Below, piece by piece: positions 37,971 to 48,100 of a stretch of DNA of 64,000 nucleotides. The notes below the pieces were generated by a model. The model had not been told where the DNA came from, did no database searches, and was given only the letters and a program-made list of their open reading frames with translations. Both the position numbers and the translations under genes were made by a program. Every line of letters starts with the position of its first letter. The first letter of the stretch is position 1. The DNA is taken from positions 2,314 to 66,313 of the forward strand of contig CAZFMX010000008.1 of assembly GCA_964520425.1 (NCBI GenBank), written 5' to 3'. Source of the DNA: an uncultured Desulfobacteraceae bacterium. GTDB taxonomy: Bacteria > Desulfobacterota > DSM-4660 > Desulfatiglandales > HGW-15.

Positions 37971-39299
37971 CTAGTATACGCCATATTCCTTGGTATAATC
38001 AAACATGGCGTGAATATTCTCCGCATTGCCATCATCCAGGGATGTACCAAACGCCATGACATAGCCGCCACCCTTTCCGCAGACATCTATCAGATCTTTG
38101 CAGTAGTCCTTGACGGCCTGTGGTGTCCCGGTCAACAGTAAGCCGGCTGGCATGTTGCCTCCGATGCACAGATTATCGCCGATCTCCTTCTTGGCGGTGG
38201 GCATATCCGTTCGATCAAAGAGCCAAAAAGTGGAGGCTTTCGGCAGTTCCTTCAGGTATTCCAGCCTAGAGTTGTACCCACCCTCGCAGAACAGGAAGGG
38301 AACACAGCCCGCTTCTATCAAGCCCTCCATCACGGCCTTAAAGGTCGGCCAGTAGAACTTCTTGAACTGTTCGTCCGACATGAACGTGTCCGCCCCTTTG
38401 TGTAGAGGCATAAACACCATGGGATTCTTGGCTTGATCGGCCATACTTACGCCCTGCTCGATACAGATCGGGACAAACAGCTCCATGCCCTTGATGACAT
38501 TTTCGGGCTGCCGGTACAGGTCCATCATGATACCACGGGTGCCCCGCAGGGTGTCCGCCAGCATGTCGTAAGGCGCCTTGCATGCTCCACCGATACCGGT
38601 GGGATACCCATGTGCCCGAATATCCGCCTCAAACGCGCCCACCTGACCAATCCAGTTCATGGCCTCGTTACCCGCTTCGATCATGGCTTTTAAGGCCTCT
38701 TGCACGTCAGGTATTCCGAAGGAAATCATCTGAGGACTCACCGTGACGATCTCCCAGACGCTGGTGAATGGGGAGAGGGCTGCCAAGGGGGCCAGCTTAT
38801 TAAAAGTGCGAGGAATATACTTTCTTATGAAGTAATCAGAGGGATCCCGGAGAAGCCAGTCATAATCATCCGGGGACATATACTCGGCCTCCACGCACTG
38901 GTAACCGTAGTGGTCGGGTAAACCGCCGCCGCCCGGCCATCTGTACATGTTAAAACCCAGCGTATCCAGGACCTTTCCCGACCCTATGAAAGCCGGTGAG
39001 CCGTAAAAATCCGGGTCGTAGTCCAGAATGAACCGCTTCTGAGCGTCCAGCATTTTCGGATAGTCGTACATCGCCTCTTTGGGAGTGACGTCATAAAGAT
39101 CGGTCTGCATGAAGGTCCCCAACGGAAACAGAGGAACCCTGTCCGGCGTCTTTTCCAGCTCAACGGCATCGATAAACCGTTGTATACTCCCTTTGTACTT
39201 AGCTTCAGTCTCGGGGCTCTTAAACTCGATCCCTTCGCCTTTTAACCATTCCGCGTATCGCGCCTGTCTCTTCTCTCTGGCTGTCGCTGAGATTTCCAT
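37971..39299 (-). CDS. Uroporphyrinogen-decarboxylase-family protein (MtvB-like substrate:corrinoid methyltransferase candidate)
   Basis: 442 aa. URO-D/MtaA-like TIM-barrel features (FMPLHKGADTFMSDEQFKKFYWP, LFCEGGYNSRLEYL). Size matches the ~50-kDa component of three-part O-demethylases. Confidence 0.55.
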   Translation of the reverse strand: MEISATAREKRQARYAEWLKGEGIEFKSPETEAKYKGSIQRFIDAVELEKTPDRVPLFPLGTFMQTDLYDVTPKEAMYDYPKMLDAQKRFILDYDPDFYGSPAFIGSGKVLDTLGFNMYRWPGGGGLPDHYGYQCVEAEYMSPDDYDWLLRDPSDYFIRKYIPRTFNKLAPLAALSPFTSVWEIVTVSPQMISFGIPDVQEALKAMIEAGNEAMNWIGQVGAFEADIRAHGYPTGIGGACKAPYDMLADTLRGTRGIMMDLYRQPENVIKGMELFVPICIEQGVSMADQAKNPMVFMPLHKGADTFMSDEQFKKFYWPTFKAVMEGLIEAGCVPFLFCEGGYNSRLEYLKELPKASTFWLFDRTDMPTAKKEIGDNLCIGGNMPAGLLLTGTPQAVKDYCKDLIDVCGKGGGYVMAFGTSLDDGNAENIHAMFDYTKEYGVY

Positions 39300-39544
39300 C
39301 GTTTACCCCCCTTTTTCATTTATTAGCGTTTTCACGGCGTCCATAGCGGTCTCGCTATAAGCATCCACCCCGTGTATCTTTTAATGTACTCATCATTCAG
39401 GCCCCACTGATTGTTGACCTGCCTTCTATGAGTGATGTCAACTTTTTAACTTAGTCGATGAATAACCATCCTGTCAATCCCTTTGCTTACGCGCAAGGAT
39501 CCAATGGCCCATCAGTAGACTGAAAACGCGCCTCAGATGACGGT

Positions 39545-42500
39545 CTAAGGTTTCACCAGTTCTTCTTTGATCGCCAACCCAATCTCTTGTAGTCTAAGCG
39601 GCTTCTTCACATATTTGCCTGCACCTAGTCTTTGGGTTTTTTTTACTTCATCTGTTTCGGCCAATCCACTGACTATGATAGCCTTTTGGTTAGGATGAAT
39701 CTTTATAATCCGTTCGTATGTTTCACGACCGTTTATGCCCGGCGCCATAATCATATCAAGCAGGATTAAATCCACTCTATGCTCCTTTAGATATTCCACT
39801 GCCTCCTCTCCACTGGAAACGGCATATGATCTATAGCCTAATGCGTCCAACATTCTACGGGTTATCTCTCTCTGGCTTTCCACATCATCGACAATGAGTA
39901 TCATCTCTCCTTGTCCTCTATAGTCTTCCATGGATATGGATGGATCCTTTTCAGTCAGTTCATCTCTTGATATGGGAAAGTATAACTCAAAGGTGGTGCC
40001 ATTTTTGTTACTTGACACATCTATGTAGCCTCCATGATCCTGCACTATATTCCATACAACAGCCAGTCCTAAACCCGTGCCACTTCTTCCCATAACCTTT
40101 TTGCTGAAAAAGGGTTCAAATATCCTTTCAAGATCGTCTGGCAAGATTCCCGAACCATCGTCTGATACAGTAAAGATAACATATTCACCTTTGCTTACAT
40201 CTTCGTAACCACTTACAGGCCTATCTAAATAACGGTTCATGGTTGATATAGTCACGTTGCCGCTGCCTTCAACGGCTTCCGAGGCATTTGAAACTAAGTT
40301 CATGATAACCTTTCTGATATGAACGGGAGATCCGCTCATATTCAGTAAGTCCTTATCAAGATCGGTCTTCACTTTTATGCTAGGATGAAACTGCTTAAGT
40401 CTTCCAAACTCAGGAGAAATCAGATATTCATTTATGATATCATTCAAGTTTATGGTTTCTTTTGTTGAAGCCACACCTCGTGCTACAGTCAAAAGATCCT
40501 GGACGAGAGCGACCGCCCTGTCCCCTGAATCCTGTATCATCTCTATAGGTTTTTTAAGTTTACTGCCTTCAGGTAAATCTAAAAGAAGCAACTCCGGATA
40601 GCTGACAATCCCTGCCAAAACATTATTCAAATCATGAGCAACACCACCAGCCAAAAGCCCAAGGGACTCCATCTTCTTAGATCTTGCGAGCTTCTCTTCA
40701 CTTTCACGCAACCTATTCTCTACTTCCTTGCGTTCGGTGATGTTCTGATTCACTCCATAGGTTCTGATTGTCTGGCCGCTGGTATCCTTGATGATGAAAA
40801 TTCGGACGCTGATATACCCGACTATCCCATCGGGATAAAGTATGCGATGTTCCAGTTGCCGGTTGTAGTTGGGATCTTTTGTTTCTAATGCTTTTCGAGT
40901 TTCTTCGGCAACAAGACCTCTATCATCGGGATGGAGGAGACGCTGAGCGTACTCAGAAGATGACATTGTGTACCCACCGATTTGCTCCACTGTGGTGCGA
41001 AAGACCTTGTAGAAATGATCGTTGAACGTGAAGAGGTCATTTTCCACATCATATTCCCAAGGGCCGAGATGGAGCATTTCTACAGCATTGGATAGTTGTG
41101 CCTGAAGCTTCTTCTGCCCCTCCTCTGCTCGCTCAAGATCTGTGATATCCTGGATTATTGAGCGAATCCCCACAATATGGTTGGTCCTGTCTCTCAAGAC
41201 TACATCTTCAATGAGGATCGGAATCGTTGTCCCATCCTTCCTTTTGTAAGTTCGCTTCAGATTCTTGCTGGGTTCTCCATCACCCACAAGTTTCGCCTTG
41301 GTCAATTTCTCCGCTTCTTCCTTTTCCCTATCAAAATACCACACCGGTTTACTCACCATTTCTTCTTCGGTATAGCCAAACATTTCCAACTCTCTTCGAT
41401 TTACCCTTGTTATTAGTCCCTCAGTGTCGTATTCCATATAACCAACCGGTGCTTCTTCGAAAAGATCCTTGTATTTCTCCTCCCCCTCAATCAGGGCTCT
41501 CGTCGCTTCGGCACGCCGTCTTCTGCTGATGAGTAAGGTGAAAAGGAGCCAGCTCTCAATAACGATGAAACTCGGGATGATCCAGAACCATATTCGATAG
41601 TGATCATATACAGAAAATGGCCTGAAAAGTACCTGGCTTCCGGAAGGCAGATCTTTCTCTCGGATACCAAAGCGGTTTAAAGCGTTCCAATCGAACATGG
41701 GTATATTAGGACTATTGAGGAGAACCGGAATGCTTGAGACCGGTTCTCCCTGGAGGATGCGACGGGCGATTTGGGCCGCCGCTTCACCTTGATGGAATCC
41801 ACTCACCATTTTCCCTCCTACAACTCCCGTACCCAGGGCAAATTCCCACAGGCAATAAACCGGGGCAGCAGAATGTTCCGATATAAATTGGAAATGGCTC
41901 CTTCTCATATCTTCTTTTTCGCCGCTCATTGTTGGACCAGCAAGATACAAAATAATACTATCAGGAGAGACGGCTTGAAGCACTGAAGGGGCTTTTGCCA
42001 TATCGAGATTCATGATCTCCTGGATCTTGATCCGATTCGAGAAGCTAGGGGCGACTCTCCTAAATCGCTCAAGTATTTTACGCAACTGAGGTTGATAGTC
42101 TCCCACGACAGCAATTAGATTTTGGGCCTCAGGATGAAGCTTTAGTGCAATCCTGATTGTCCCTTCAAGATCCATAGCCTCATTAACACCCGTGATGTTT
42201 CTATGCCCTGCAATGCGCTTATATTGGAAGTCATTAACCCCGCAGAAGACGATAGGGATATTTGGGGAAAAATCTTCTCGATGTTCCAGAACGAAATCAA
42301 GAGCACTATCATCAGTGGAAATGATCAGATGAAAAGGAAGATGGTCGAACTTGGCTTTCAATAGAGACCTGAAATGTGCTAAGCATTCCTCCTCGTTATG
42401 TCGTATGGTATCCAGATATTCCACATGGATTTCCACTCCCCTTTCCTTAAAAACCGAATAAACACCTTGAACGATCCGATCGCCCCATGGATCGCCCTTA

Positions 42501-42646
42501 TGGTATGAACAAAGCAGAAGAATCCTTTTTACCTCCTCTCCTCGTACATAGGAATGCTTCAGGCAACAAAGAACACAGAGGGCACAACAGAAGGCTAAAG
42601 AAAGAACCCTCTTTCTTCTGAATGAAAATCTTGCGATGCTATTCAT
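39545..42646 (-). CDS. Hybrid sensor histidine kinase with a periplasmic ABC-substrate-binding-like domain
   Basis: 1033 aa. Order is signal/TM, PBP-like domain (KRILLLCSYHKGDPWGDRIVQG), TM, three PAS-like segments, HisKA (GGVAHDLNNVLAGI), HATPase (GTGLGLAVVWNIV) and a C-terminal receiver (ILIVDDVES...LILLDMIMAPGINGRE). Confidence 0.85.
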   Translation of the reverse strand: MNSIARFSFRRKRVLSLAFCCALCVLCCLKHSYVRGEEVKRILLLCSYHKGDPWGDRIVQGVYSVFKERGVEIHVEYLDTIRHNEEECLAHFRSLLKAKFDHLPFHLIISTDDSALDFVLEHREDFSPNIPIVFCGVNDFQYKRIAGHRNITGVNEAMDLEGTIRIALKLHPEAQNLIAVVGDYQPQLRKILERFRRVAPSFSNRIKIQEIMNLDMAKAPSVLQAVSPDSIILYLAGPTMSGEKEDMRRSHFQFISEHSAAPVYCLWEFALGTGVVGGKMVSGFHQGEAAAQIARRILQGEPVSSIPVLLNSPNIPMFDWNALNRFGIREKDLPSGSQVLFRPFSVYDHYRIWFWIIPSFIVIESWLLFTLLISRRRRAEATRALIEGEEKYKDLFEEAPVGYMEYDTEGLITRVNRRELEMFGYTEEEMVSKPVWYFDREKEEAEKLTKAKLVGDGEPSKNLKRTYKRKDGTTIPILIEDVVLRDRTNHIVGIRSIIQDITDLERAEEGQKKLQAQLSNAVEMLHLGPWEYDVENDLFTFNDHFYKVFRTTVEQIGGYTMSSSEYAQRLLHPDDRGLVAEETRKALETKDPNYNRQLEHRILYPDGIVGYISVRIFIIKDTSGQTIRTYGVNQNITERKEVENRLRESEEKLARSKKMESLGLLAGGVAHDLNNVLAGIVSYPELLLLDLPEGSKLKKPIEMIQDSGDRAVALVQDLLTVARGVASTKETINLNDIINEYLISPEFGRLKQFHPSIKVKTDLDKDLLNMSGSPVHIRKVIMNLVSNASEAVEGSGNVTISTMNRYLDRPVSGYEDVSKGEYVIFTVSDDGSGILPDDLERIFEPFFSKKVMGRSGTGLGLAVVWNIVQDHGGYIDVSSNKNGTTFELYFPISRDELTEKDPSISMEDYRGQGEMILIVDDVESQREITRRMLDALGYRSYAVSSGEEAVEYLKEHRVDLILLDMIMAPGINGRETYERIIKIHPNQKAIIVSGLAETDEVKKTQRLGAGKYVKKPLRLQEIGLAIKEELVKP

Positions 42647-42767
42647 ATCATTTACCCTTTTTTATCACTATTCTTGAGCATTACTCTTTAATAAGAATCT
42701 AAGAACGGTTTTTCGTAGACATAAGTGCTTGATTTGACATTTTCATCAGACTCGATCGAAACTGAAG

Positions 42768-42824
42768 ATCCCTGCAGCTTGTCCATCCTTCGGAGTCCCT
42801 CCTCTGCAGTAGTCTACTGTGGAG
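42768..42824. repeat. Short palindromic units
   Basis: ATCCCTGCAGCTTG... and 42801-42824 CCTCTGCAGTAGTCTACTGTGGAG. Confidence 0.65.
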
Positions 42825-43219
42825 AATAGACAGGCTACCTTTCCTCCGCTTCGACAAGCTCCATTCGACATGGCCCATGGCCTATGGCAGGACAGGCCAC
42901 AATAGCATACAATGGGCGACGGGCTGCCAAAGACGGGCCGCAGGGATCTTCTGTTTCTACCCCCTGGTCCTTAATCAAGATTCGCAGAAGACTTATTATT
43001 TTATCAAATTACTCAAAGACTCTTCAAGTACATCCGACTATGCCCTGTTTACTGAAGATCTGAGACAGGCTGACGGACTATTTCCACCTAGATTGCCACC
43101 CTATTCTCCTTTTGAGGGAATAGGAGCTAAGTCCCTTACACATTTTCACTCCTCCATTGCACGAGCCTTCTATCATCGTCTCACGAAATCCACCCTCATT
43201 ATCCTCCTATCATATTCTC

Positions 43220-43248
43220 TTGACATACGAGACATAACTCTTCATAAT
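43220..43248 (+). promoter_or_regulatory. Sigma-70-type promoter
   Basis: CTTGACATAC, 17-nt spacer, CATAAT, about 70 nt upstream of ATG 43320. Confidence 0.55.
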
Positions 43249-43319
43249 GAAAAACCTTCTTCTCAATTCAACCCAATCGATTATTTCCATTGCTATACAA
43301 TCTAAATAAGGAGAGTAAA

Positions 43320-43859
43320 ATGAAAAACAGCTTGACTATTCTGGTATGTTCAATCTTAACCACCTTTTTTACCATCAATTCAGCATTGGCCGATAGCTAC
43401 GCTGAAGACCGCGCTGCCATCGTCAATTTGCAAGGCCGCTACCTGTTTGCATTGGATTTTCGAGATGCTGAAGCCTATGCCTCCACTTTTTCAGAGGATG
43501 GTGTGATTATTTGGGCGCGAGGCGAAATCAAAGGGCGCAAAGCGATCCATGATTTTTTGTCTTCGGGGATTTATGATCCTACCAAAACCGCTGAAGAAGG
43601 CAAATGGCCTGCGGCTTCCCGTCATTTTATCACAAACCAAGTCATCAAGGTGGAAGGAAATGGAGCCAAGGCTGTAACTTATTGGTTCCAAGCGACAAAC
43701 AACACTGCCGATCGTCGTACTATGGTATTGGGATTATTTGGACACTATGAAGATGAGCTGGTAAAGATTGACGGCCAATGGTTTTTCAAAAAGCGCATCA
43801 TCTACAATGAAGGGTTAGAAGGTCGTCACAAAGCTGGACAAGAGAATCCAGCCTGGTAA
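43320..43859 (+). CDS. Secreted SnoaL/NTF2-like protein
   Basis: The ORF opens at 43290. AAGGAG precedes ATG 43320 (MKNSLTILVCSILTTFFTINSALA, signal peptide). NTF2-like signature DRAAIVNLQGRYLFALDFRDAEAYASTFSEDGV. Confidence 0.65.
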   Translation: MKNSLTILVCSILTTFFTINSALADSYAEDRAAIVNLQGRYLFALDFRDAEAYASTFSEDGVIIWARGEIKGRKAIHDFLSSGIYDPTKTAEEGKWPAASRHFITNQVIKVEGNGAKAVTYWFQATNNTADRRTMVLGLFGHYEDELVKIDGQWFFKKRIIYNEGLEGRHKAGQENPAW

Positions 43860-43930
43860 TAATCCTTTGGCTAGGATGCAAATGATGCTTGCCAACTGAA
43901 GTAGTGTATAGTAAAAACGTCAGCCGTAAA

Positions 43931-43969
43931 AGAGCCCCTACGTCCGCCACGGGGGCTCTCTGTTTCTTG
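43931..43969 (+). terminator. Intrinsic terminator after the SnoaL-like gene
   Basis: AGAGCCCC...GGGGCTCT stem followed by CTGTTTCTT. Confidence 0.5.
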
Positions 43970-44067
43970 TGATTCCCTGAAAGGGTCCTTCTTTATGGAC
44001 CCTCTAGTTGAAGCGGCGTCTGAATTTCAATCCTGCTTCAGATCTCCGCTGTGCAGTTCAAACTCGA

Positions 44068-44700
44068 TCAGGCCACGATTGTCTTGGCCAACTCGGCTGC
44101 TGAAGCGGCATCCTCGGCCGTTCCATCGGCTCCAATCTGTTTCGCATAATCAGCAGTAATCGGGGCTCCGCCGACGATTATTTTTACTTTTTCCTTCAGC
44201 CCGGCTTCAATGATGCCTTCTACGGACTTCGATAACGCGGGCATTGTCGTTGTCAATAGACAGGATAAAGCGACTAGATTGCAGTCATCATGGGTGTTGA
44301 TTGCCTCGATGAATTTCTCTGCTGGAACATCCACTCCCAAATCCACAACGTTGAAACCGGCGGACTCGATCATCAGCGCGACCAGATTCTTGCCGATATC
44401 ATGCAAATCTCCAGTGATTGTGCCGATAACGCATGTGCCCAGTGAAGTCGTGGCGCCTTCAACCAGCAAAGGCTGTATGACCGCCACGGCCTTTTTCATC
44501 GTGTGGGCCGACATCAGCATTTCGGGAACGAAAATTTCAGATACTCTGAACTGTTCACCCACTACGCCCATTGCATCGATCATTGCGTCTAGGATCTCGG
44601 TAGCCTTAATTCCATCCTTTATTGCTTCGTCTACAATGGCTTCTATCTCTTTCAGTTTTCCTTTTTCTACCGCCTTGGAAACCTCCTCTAGCTTTGACAT
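44068..44700 (-). CDS. Corrinoid (B12-binding) protein, MtvC/MtaC-like
   Basis: 210 aa with an N-terminal helical cap and a Rossmann B12 domain carrying DxHxxG (GDLHDIGKNLV), SCLLTTT and VGGAP. Confidence 0.85.
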   Translation of the reverse strand: MSKLEEVSKAVEKGKLKEIEAIVDEAIKDGIKATEILDAMIDAMGVVGEQFRVSEIFVPEMLMSAHTMKKAVAVIQPLLVEGATTSLGTCVIGTITGDLHDIGKNLVALMIESAGFNVVDLGVDVPAEKFIEAINTHDDCNLVALSCLLTTTMPALSKSVEGIIEAGLKEKVKIIVGGAPITADYAKQIGADGTAEDAASAAELAKTIVA

Positions 44701-44726
44701 TGACAGTTCTCCTTTCTTTCAATTCC

Positions 44727-45527
44727 TTATTTTTTGACGCCGAAAAGTCCGCTTTTGTACGCTTGGATGTAATCCAGACAAAACTCATCATTCTCCAGCA
44801 ATGCGTCTGTAGCATAAAGAATACCCAGCATATCCTTTTTGGTGGGATCCACTATCGCACTATCCATGCCTGCATTCATTGCCAAGATGAGAAATGACTG
44901 ATTGATGTATTTTCTAGCTGGCAGACCAAATGATATATTGCTCAATCCGCTGGTGATATGAATTGTGGGGTACATTTCCTTAATCGACTTCGTCACCTCC
45001 ACAAAATTCGACAATGCTTTGCCGTCGGTTGAGCGCGTCACGACCAGCGGATCGATGAAAAGTCTGGAAGGATCAATCTTGAATTCTACGACTCTCTTCA
45101 TAATCTCTTTGAAAACTTCTATACGCCTTTCTTTATCGGGGATTCCTCTGTCGTCGCAAAGGAGTGCCACGCAAGCCCACTCGGTATCCGCGATCGCTGG
45201 GAAGACCACATCGATTTTTTTGCCTTCCATGGAAACAGAGTTCAATAGGCCCGGTCTATCGCAGAACTTCAAGCAATCCACGCATACTTGAGGGCTCGGG
45301 CTATCTATACATATCGGAACGTCCGTAGCCTCCTGAATCAACTCAATCATCCACTTGAGCGTTTCGACCTCAACTACTTCTTCCACCGAAGCACAGCAGT
45401 CAATGTAAGAGGCTCCCGCTTCTGCCTGTTCTTTAGCTAACTGCTGGATTTTCTTTCCATCTTTTTCTTCAATCGCCTTTTTAACAGCCGGAATCGAGCC
45501 ATTGATCTTTTCGCCGATCAAAATCAT
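44727..45527 (-). CDS. Pterin-binding methyltransferase (methyl-H4folate:corrinoid, MtvA/AcsE/MtrH-like)
   Basis: 266 aa. MILIGEKINGS..., ICIDSP and GLSNISFGLP are DHPS-like barrel signatures. Confidence 0.8.
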   Translation of the reverse strand: MILIGEKINGSIPAVKKAIEEKDGKKIQQLAKEQAEAGASYIDCCASVEEVVEVETLKWMIELIQEATDVPICIDSPSPQVCVDCLKFCDRPGLLNSVSMEGKKIDVVFPAIADTEWACVALLCDDRGIPDKERRIEVFKEIMKRVVEFKIDPSRLFIDPLVVTRSTDGKALSNFVEVTKSIKEMYPTIHITSGLSNISFGLPARKYINQSFLILAMNAGMDSAIVDPTKKDMLGILYATDALLENDEFCLDYIQAYKSGLFGVKK

Positions 45528-45638
45528 GCTTTTCTCTCCTTTTCAGCATCGTTCGCGGACAAGAGTGGATCAATAAGTCAACAAGTAGAGTTTTGTCTTT
45601 TACACGTTATGGGCATACTTGTCAACCATATCCACCTG

Positions 45639-45680
45639 TCCTGATCCATCATCAATTTGTGTTTGATGGTGGATTTTGGC
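45639..45680. repeat. Family-B mini-copy (terminal arms only)
   Basis: CCTGATCCATCATCAA-TTTGTGTT-TGATGGTGGATTTTGG matches the two B-family termini joined without the internal segment. Confidence 0.45.
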
Positions 45681-45928
45681 CTACGGCCTTCTAAATAACA
45701 AGTGAGCAATCATGGGCTTGGATGAGCCATATCTGCGCTTTGGCTTTCAGCATTATTTACAGTCTTCATGACAAGTGTATCCATTCTCTACTTCGGAGAG
45801 AAGGACTATGCCTGAAACATCCGCCGTATTGCAATCCAAGAATCTTGAACTTTCGCAATATTGTGAGTTTGTTGAGGACATTCCACAGGCTTTATTTCTT
45901 CGCCTCACAAAATCCGTACACTAAACTC

Positions 45929-45974
45929 TGTCATCGCGTTTCGCTTGACATACAAATGAAACCTCACCTATAGT
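45929..45974 (+). promoter_or_regulatory. Promoter with the same 28-nt upstream block (ASST-like operon)
   Basis: TGTCATCGCGTTTCGCTTGACATACAAA (45929-45956). TTGACA 45945-45950, 18-nt spacer, TATAGT 45969-45974, CACA. Confidence 0.7.
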
Positions 45975-46094
45975 CACAAACTACAAACCAAGTTCTTATC
46001 AACTCAATAATCATCGGTTTCATGTGACAATGGCAGATAAGACCTATAGTCTCTGTTCAAAAAACTGAAACCCATGAAATAAGGAGACCATGCG

Positions 46095-47576
46095 ATGAAA
46101 CGTTCGGCAGGATTCATTACTCTGGTTTTATTGATATTGATTCCAGTGATCATCCGGGCGGAAACGAGTGTTTATCCCCTTGGAACGACTATCTATAAAC
46201 CGGACAAATGCTGGAACGGATTTACCATCCTTTCGTCAGAGGAAGGCCGACTTATCGATATGAACGGAAACTTGGTTCATCTCTGGAAAGGAAAGCTTCA
46301 TCACCCAAACAAGGTATTTCCGGGCGGATACCTTCTGGCTTCCACTGCTGCCTGGAAGCATGGGCGACAGGATGCCATTGAAATTCAAATAAGGGATTTC
46401 AATGACCACGTACTCTGGAAGTTCAATCAATGGCACCAGGGAAAGGCGAATGAAGGGGAAGGATTGATGTACCTCTCCCGACAGCATCATGATCTGCAGA
46501 TAAAGGGAAATCCTGTCGGTTACTACATTCCAGATGCGACGCCAGTGGATATATCCAAAGGCACCGTTCTGGCCCTAGCTCATTACAATGTACGGAATGA
46601 GAGAATCAATAAGAATGTACCGCTCCTTGACGATGTCGTATACGAGGTGGACATCACCACGGGAAAGGTAATATGGACTTGGAAAGCTTCGGAGCATCTG
46701 GATGAGATGGGCTTTGATGAAGCGGCGCTTAAGGCCATGCAGAGCTATAGCAATGAACCCAGGAGTGAAGGAGACGGATTCGACTGGTTTCACCAAAATT
46801 GCGCTTCCTATCTTGGCCCCAATAAATGGTATGATCAGGGAGATCAGCGCTTCCACCCGGACAATATTATCCTGGACAGTCGTCAAGCAGGGCTTCTGGC
46901 AATCGTTGACCATAAAAACGGTAAAATCGTGTGGCGTGCCGGTCCATATTATCGGAATGTTGATGATCAGAAGCTGGGATGGATGATCGGATGCCACCAT
47001 ACTCACATGATACCAAAGGGATTGCCCGGTGCTGGAAATATCATGGTTTTCGACAATGGCGGTAGTTCCGGCTACGGTCCTCCTACCGATTTTGCTCCGG
47101 ATGGTCAGATGGTTATGCGCCGTGACTATTCCCGGGTCGTCGAATTCGATCCGGTCACAAAAGAAATCGTCTGGGAATATTCCCCCAATGCCTCAAAAAA
47201 TCCCGGTCAAGGTTTTGGTCATAAGCTCTATAGCGTCAATGTCTCTTCCGCTCAGCGTCTACCCAACGGCAATACATTGATAACGGAAGGCGCCCAGGGA
47301 CGCATTATCGAGGTGACCACGGATTATGAGATAGTCTGGGAATATATGAATCCTTACATGTGGGATTCCGATATTCCTTTCACTCGAAACCTGGTCTATC
47401 GGGCGTATCGTGTCCCCTATGACTGGGTACCGCAATTGCCAAAGCCGAAAGAATCCGCCGTAGATGCCGGTCCTAACTATCTCTTCACGATCCCGGCCGA
47501 TGACGGTTCGCGTCCCGATTTTGGTATTGAAAAAACCGGGGTTTGGAAGCAAGGAGGGAGTCAGGGAAGAGAATGA
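46095..47576 (+). CDS. Secreted arylsulfotransferase (ASST)-like beta-propeller protein
   Basis: 493 aa with a signal peptide. Repeated blade-like segments (IVWRAGP, IVWEY x2, VIWTWKASEHL) and HHD / DWFHQN motifs recall Arylsulfotran-type propellers. The call is from memory only. Confidence 0.5.
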   Translation: MKRSAGFITLVLLILIPVIIRAETSVYPLGTTIYKPDKCWNGFTILSSEEGRLIDMNGNLVHLWKGKLHHPNKVFPGGYLLASTAAWKHGRQDAIEIQIRDFNDHVLWKFNQWHQGKANEGEGLMYLSRQHHDLQIKGNPVGYYIPDATPVDISKGTVLALAHYNVRNERINKNVPLLDDVVYEVDITTGKVIWTWKASEHLDEMGFDEAALKAMQSYSNEPRSEGDGFDWFHQNCASYLGPNKWYDQGDQRFHPDNIILDSRQAGLLAIVDHKNGKIVWRAGPYYRNVDDQKLGWMIGCHHTHMIPKGLPGAGNIMVFDNGGSSGYGPPTDFAPDGQMVMRRDYSRVVEFDPVTKEIVWEYSPNASKNPGQGFGHKLYSVNVSSAQRLPNGNTLITEGAQGRIIEVTTDYEIVWEYMNPYMWDSDIPFTRNLVYRAYRVPYDWVPQLPKPKESAVDAGPNYLFTIPADDGSRPDFGIEKTGVWKQGGSQGRE

Positions 47577-47615
47577 TGAATCATTAAATACACTGAACAG
47601 TGGAGGTCATAATAA

Positions 47616-48053
47616 ATGTCTGATTCAAAGTATGGGAAATACATCGTAACCGATCTGAAAGAACCTGAAGAAAAGAAGAAGATCGCCGCGGACTATGCCA
47701 AATATGCCACCCGTATTCTATGGATGGATGAAGATGTCGTTGAAGGCGCATTCCATATGAATACCGCATGGTTTCTGAAAGCCGCCGATACTCTTGAAGA
47801 CAAGCCGCATGTTCATAACGCGGATGAAATCATCGGTTTCTTCGGAAACGACCCTGAAAATCCATATGATCTGGGCGGGGAAGTAGAAATGTGGCTTGAG
47901 GACGAAAAACACGTCATCACTAAAAGCGCCTTGTTGTTCGTGCCTGCCGGTATGAAGCACTGCCCATTGGTGCTGAAACGGGTCCACCGACCCATATTCC
48001 ATTTTACGACAGTGCCCGGCGGCCGCTACATCAAAGACGAGAACACAAAGTAG
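47616..48053 (+). CDS. Small cupin-fold protein
   Basis: 145 aa with cupin motifs PHVHNADEIIGFFG and LLFVPAGMKHCP. 40 nt downstream of the ASST-like gene. Confidence 0.5.
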   Translation: MSDSKYGKYIVTDLKEPEEKKKIAADYAKYATRILWMDEDVVEGAFHMNTAWFLKAADTLEDKPHVHNADEIIGFFGNDPENPYDLGGEVEMWLEDEKHVITKSALLFVPAGMKHCPLVLKRVHRPIFHFTTVPGGRYIKDENTK

Positions 48054-48100
48054 TCCTCACATGGAGAGTCACACGGGTTAATCTGTCAAATGGATATTGG

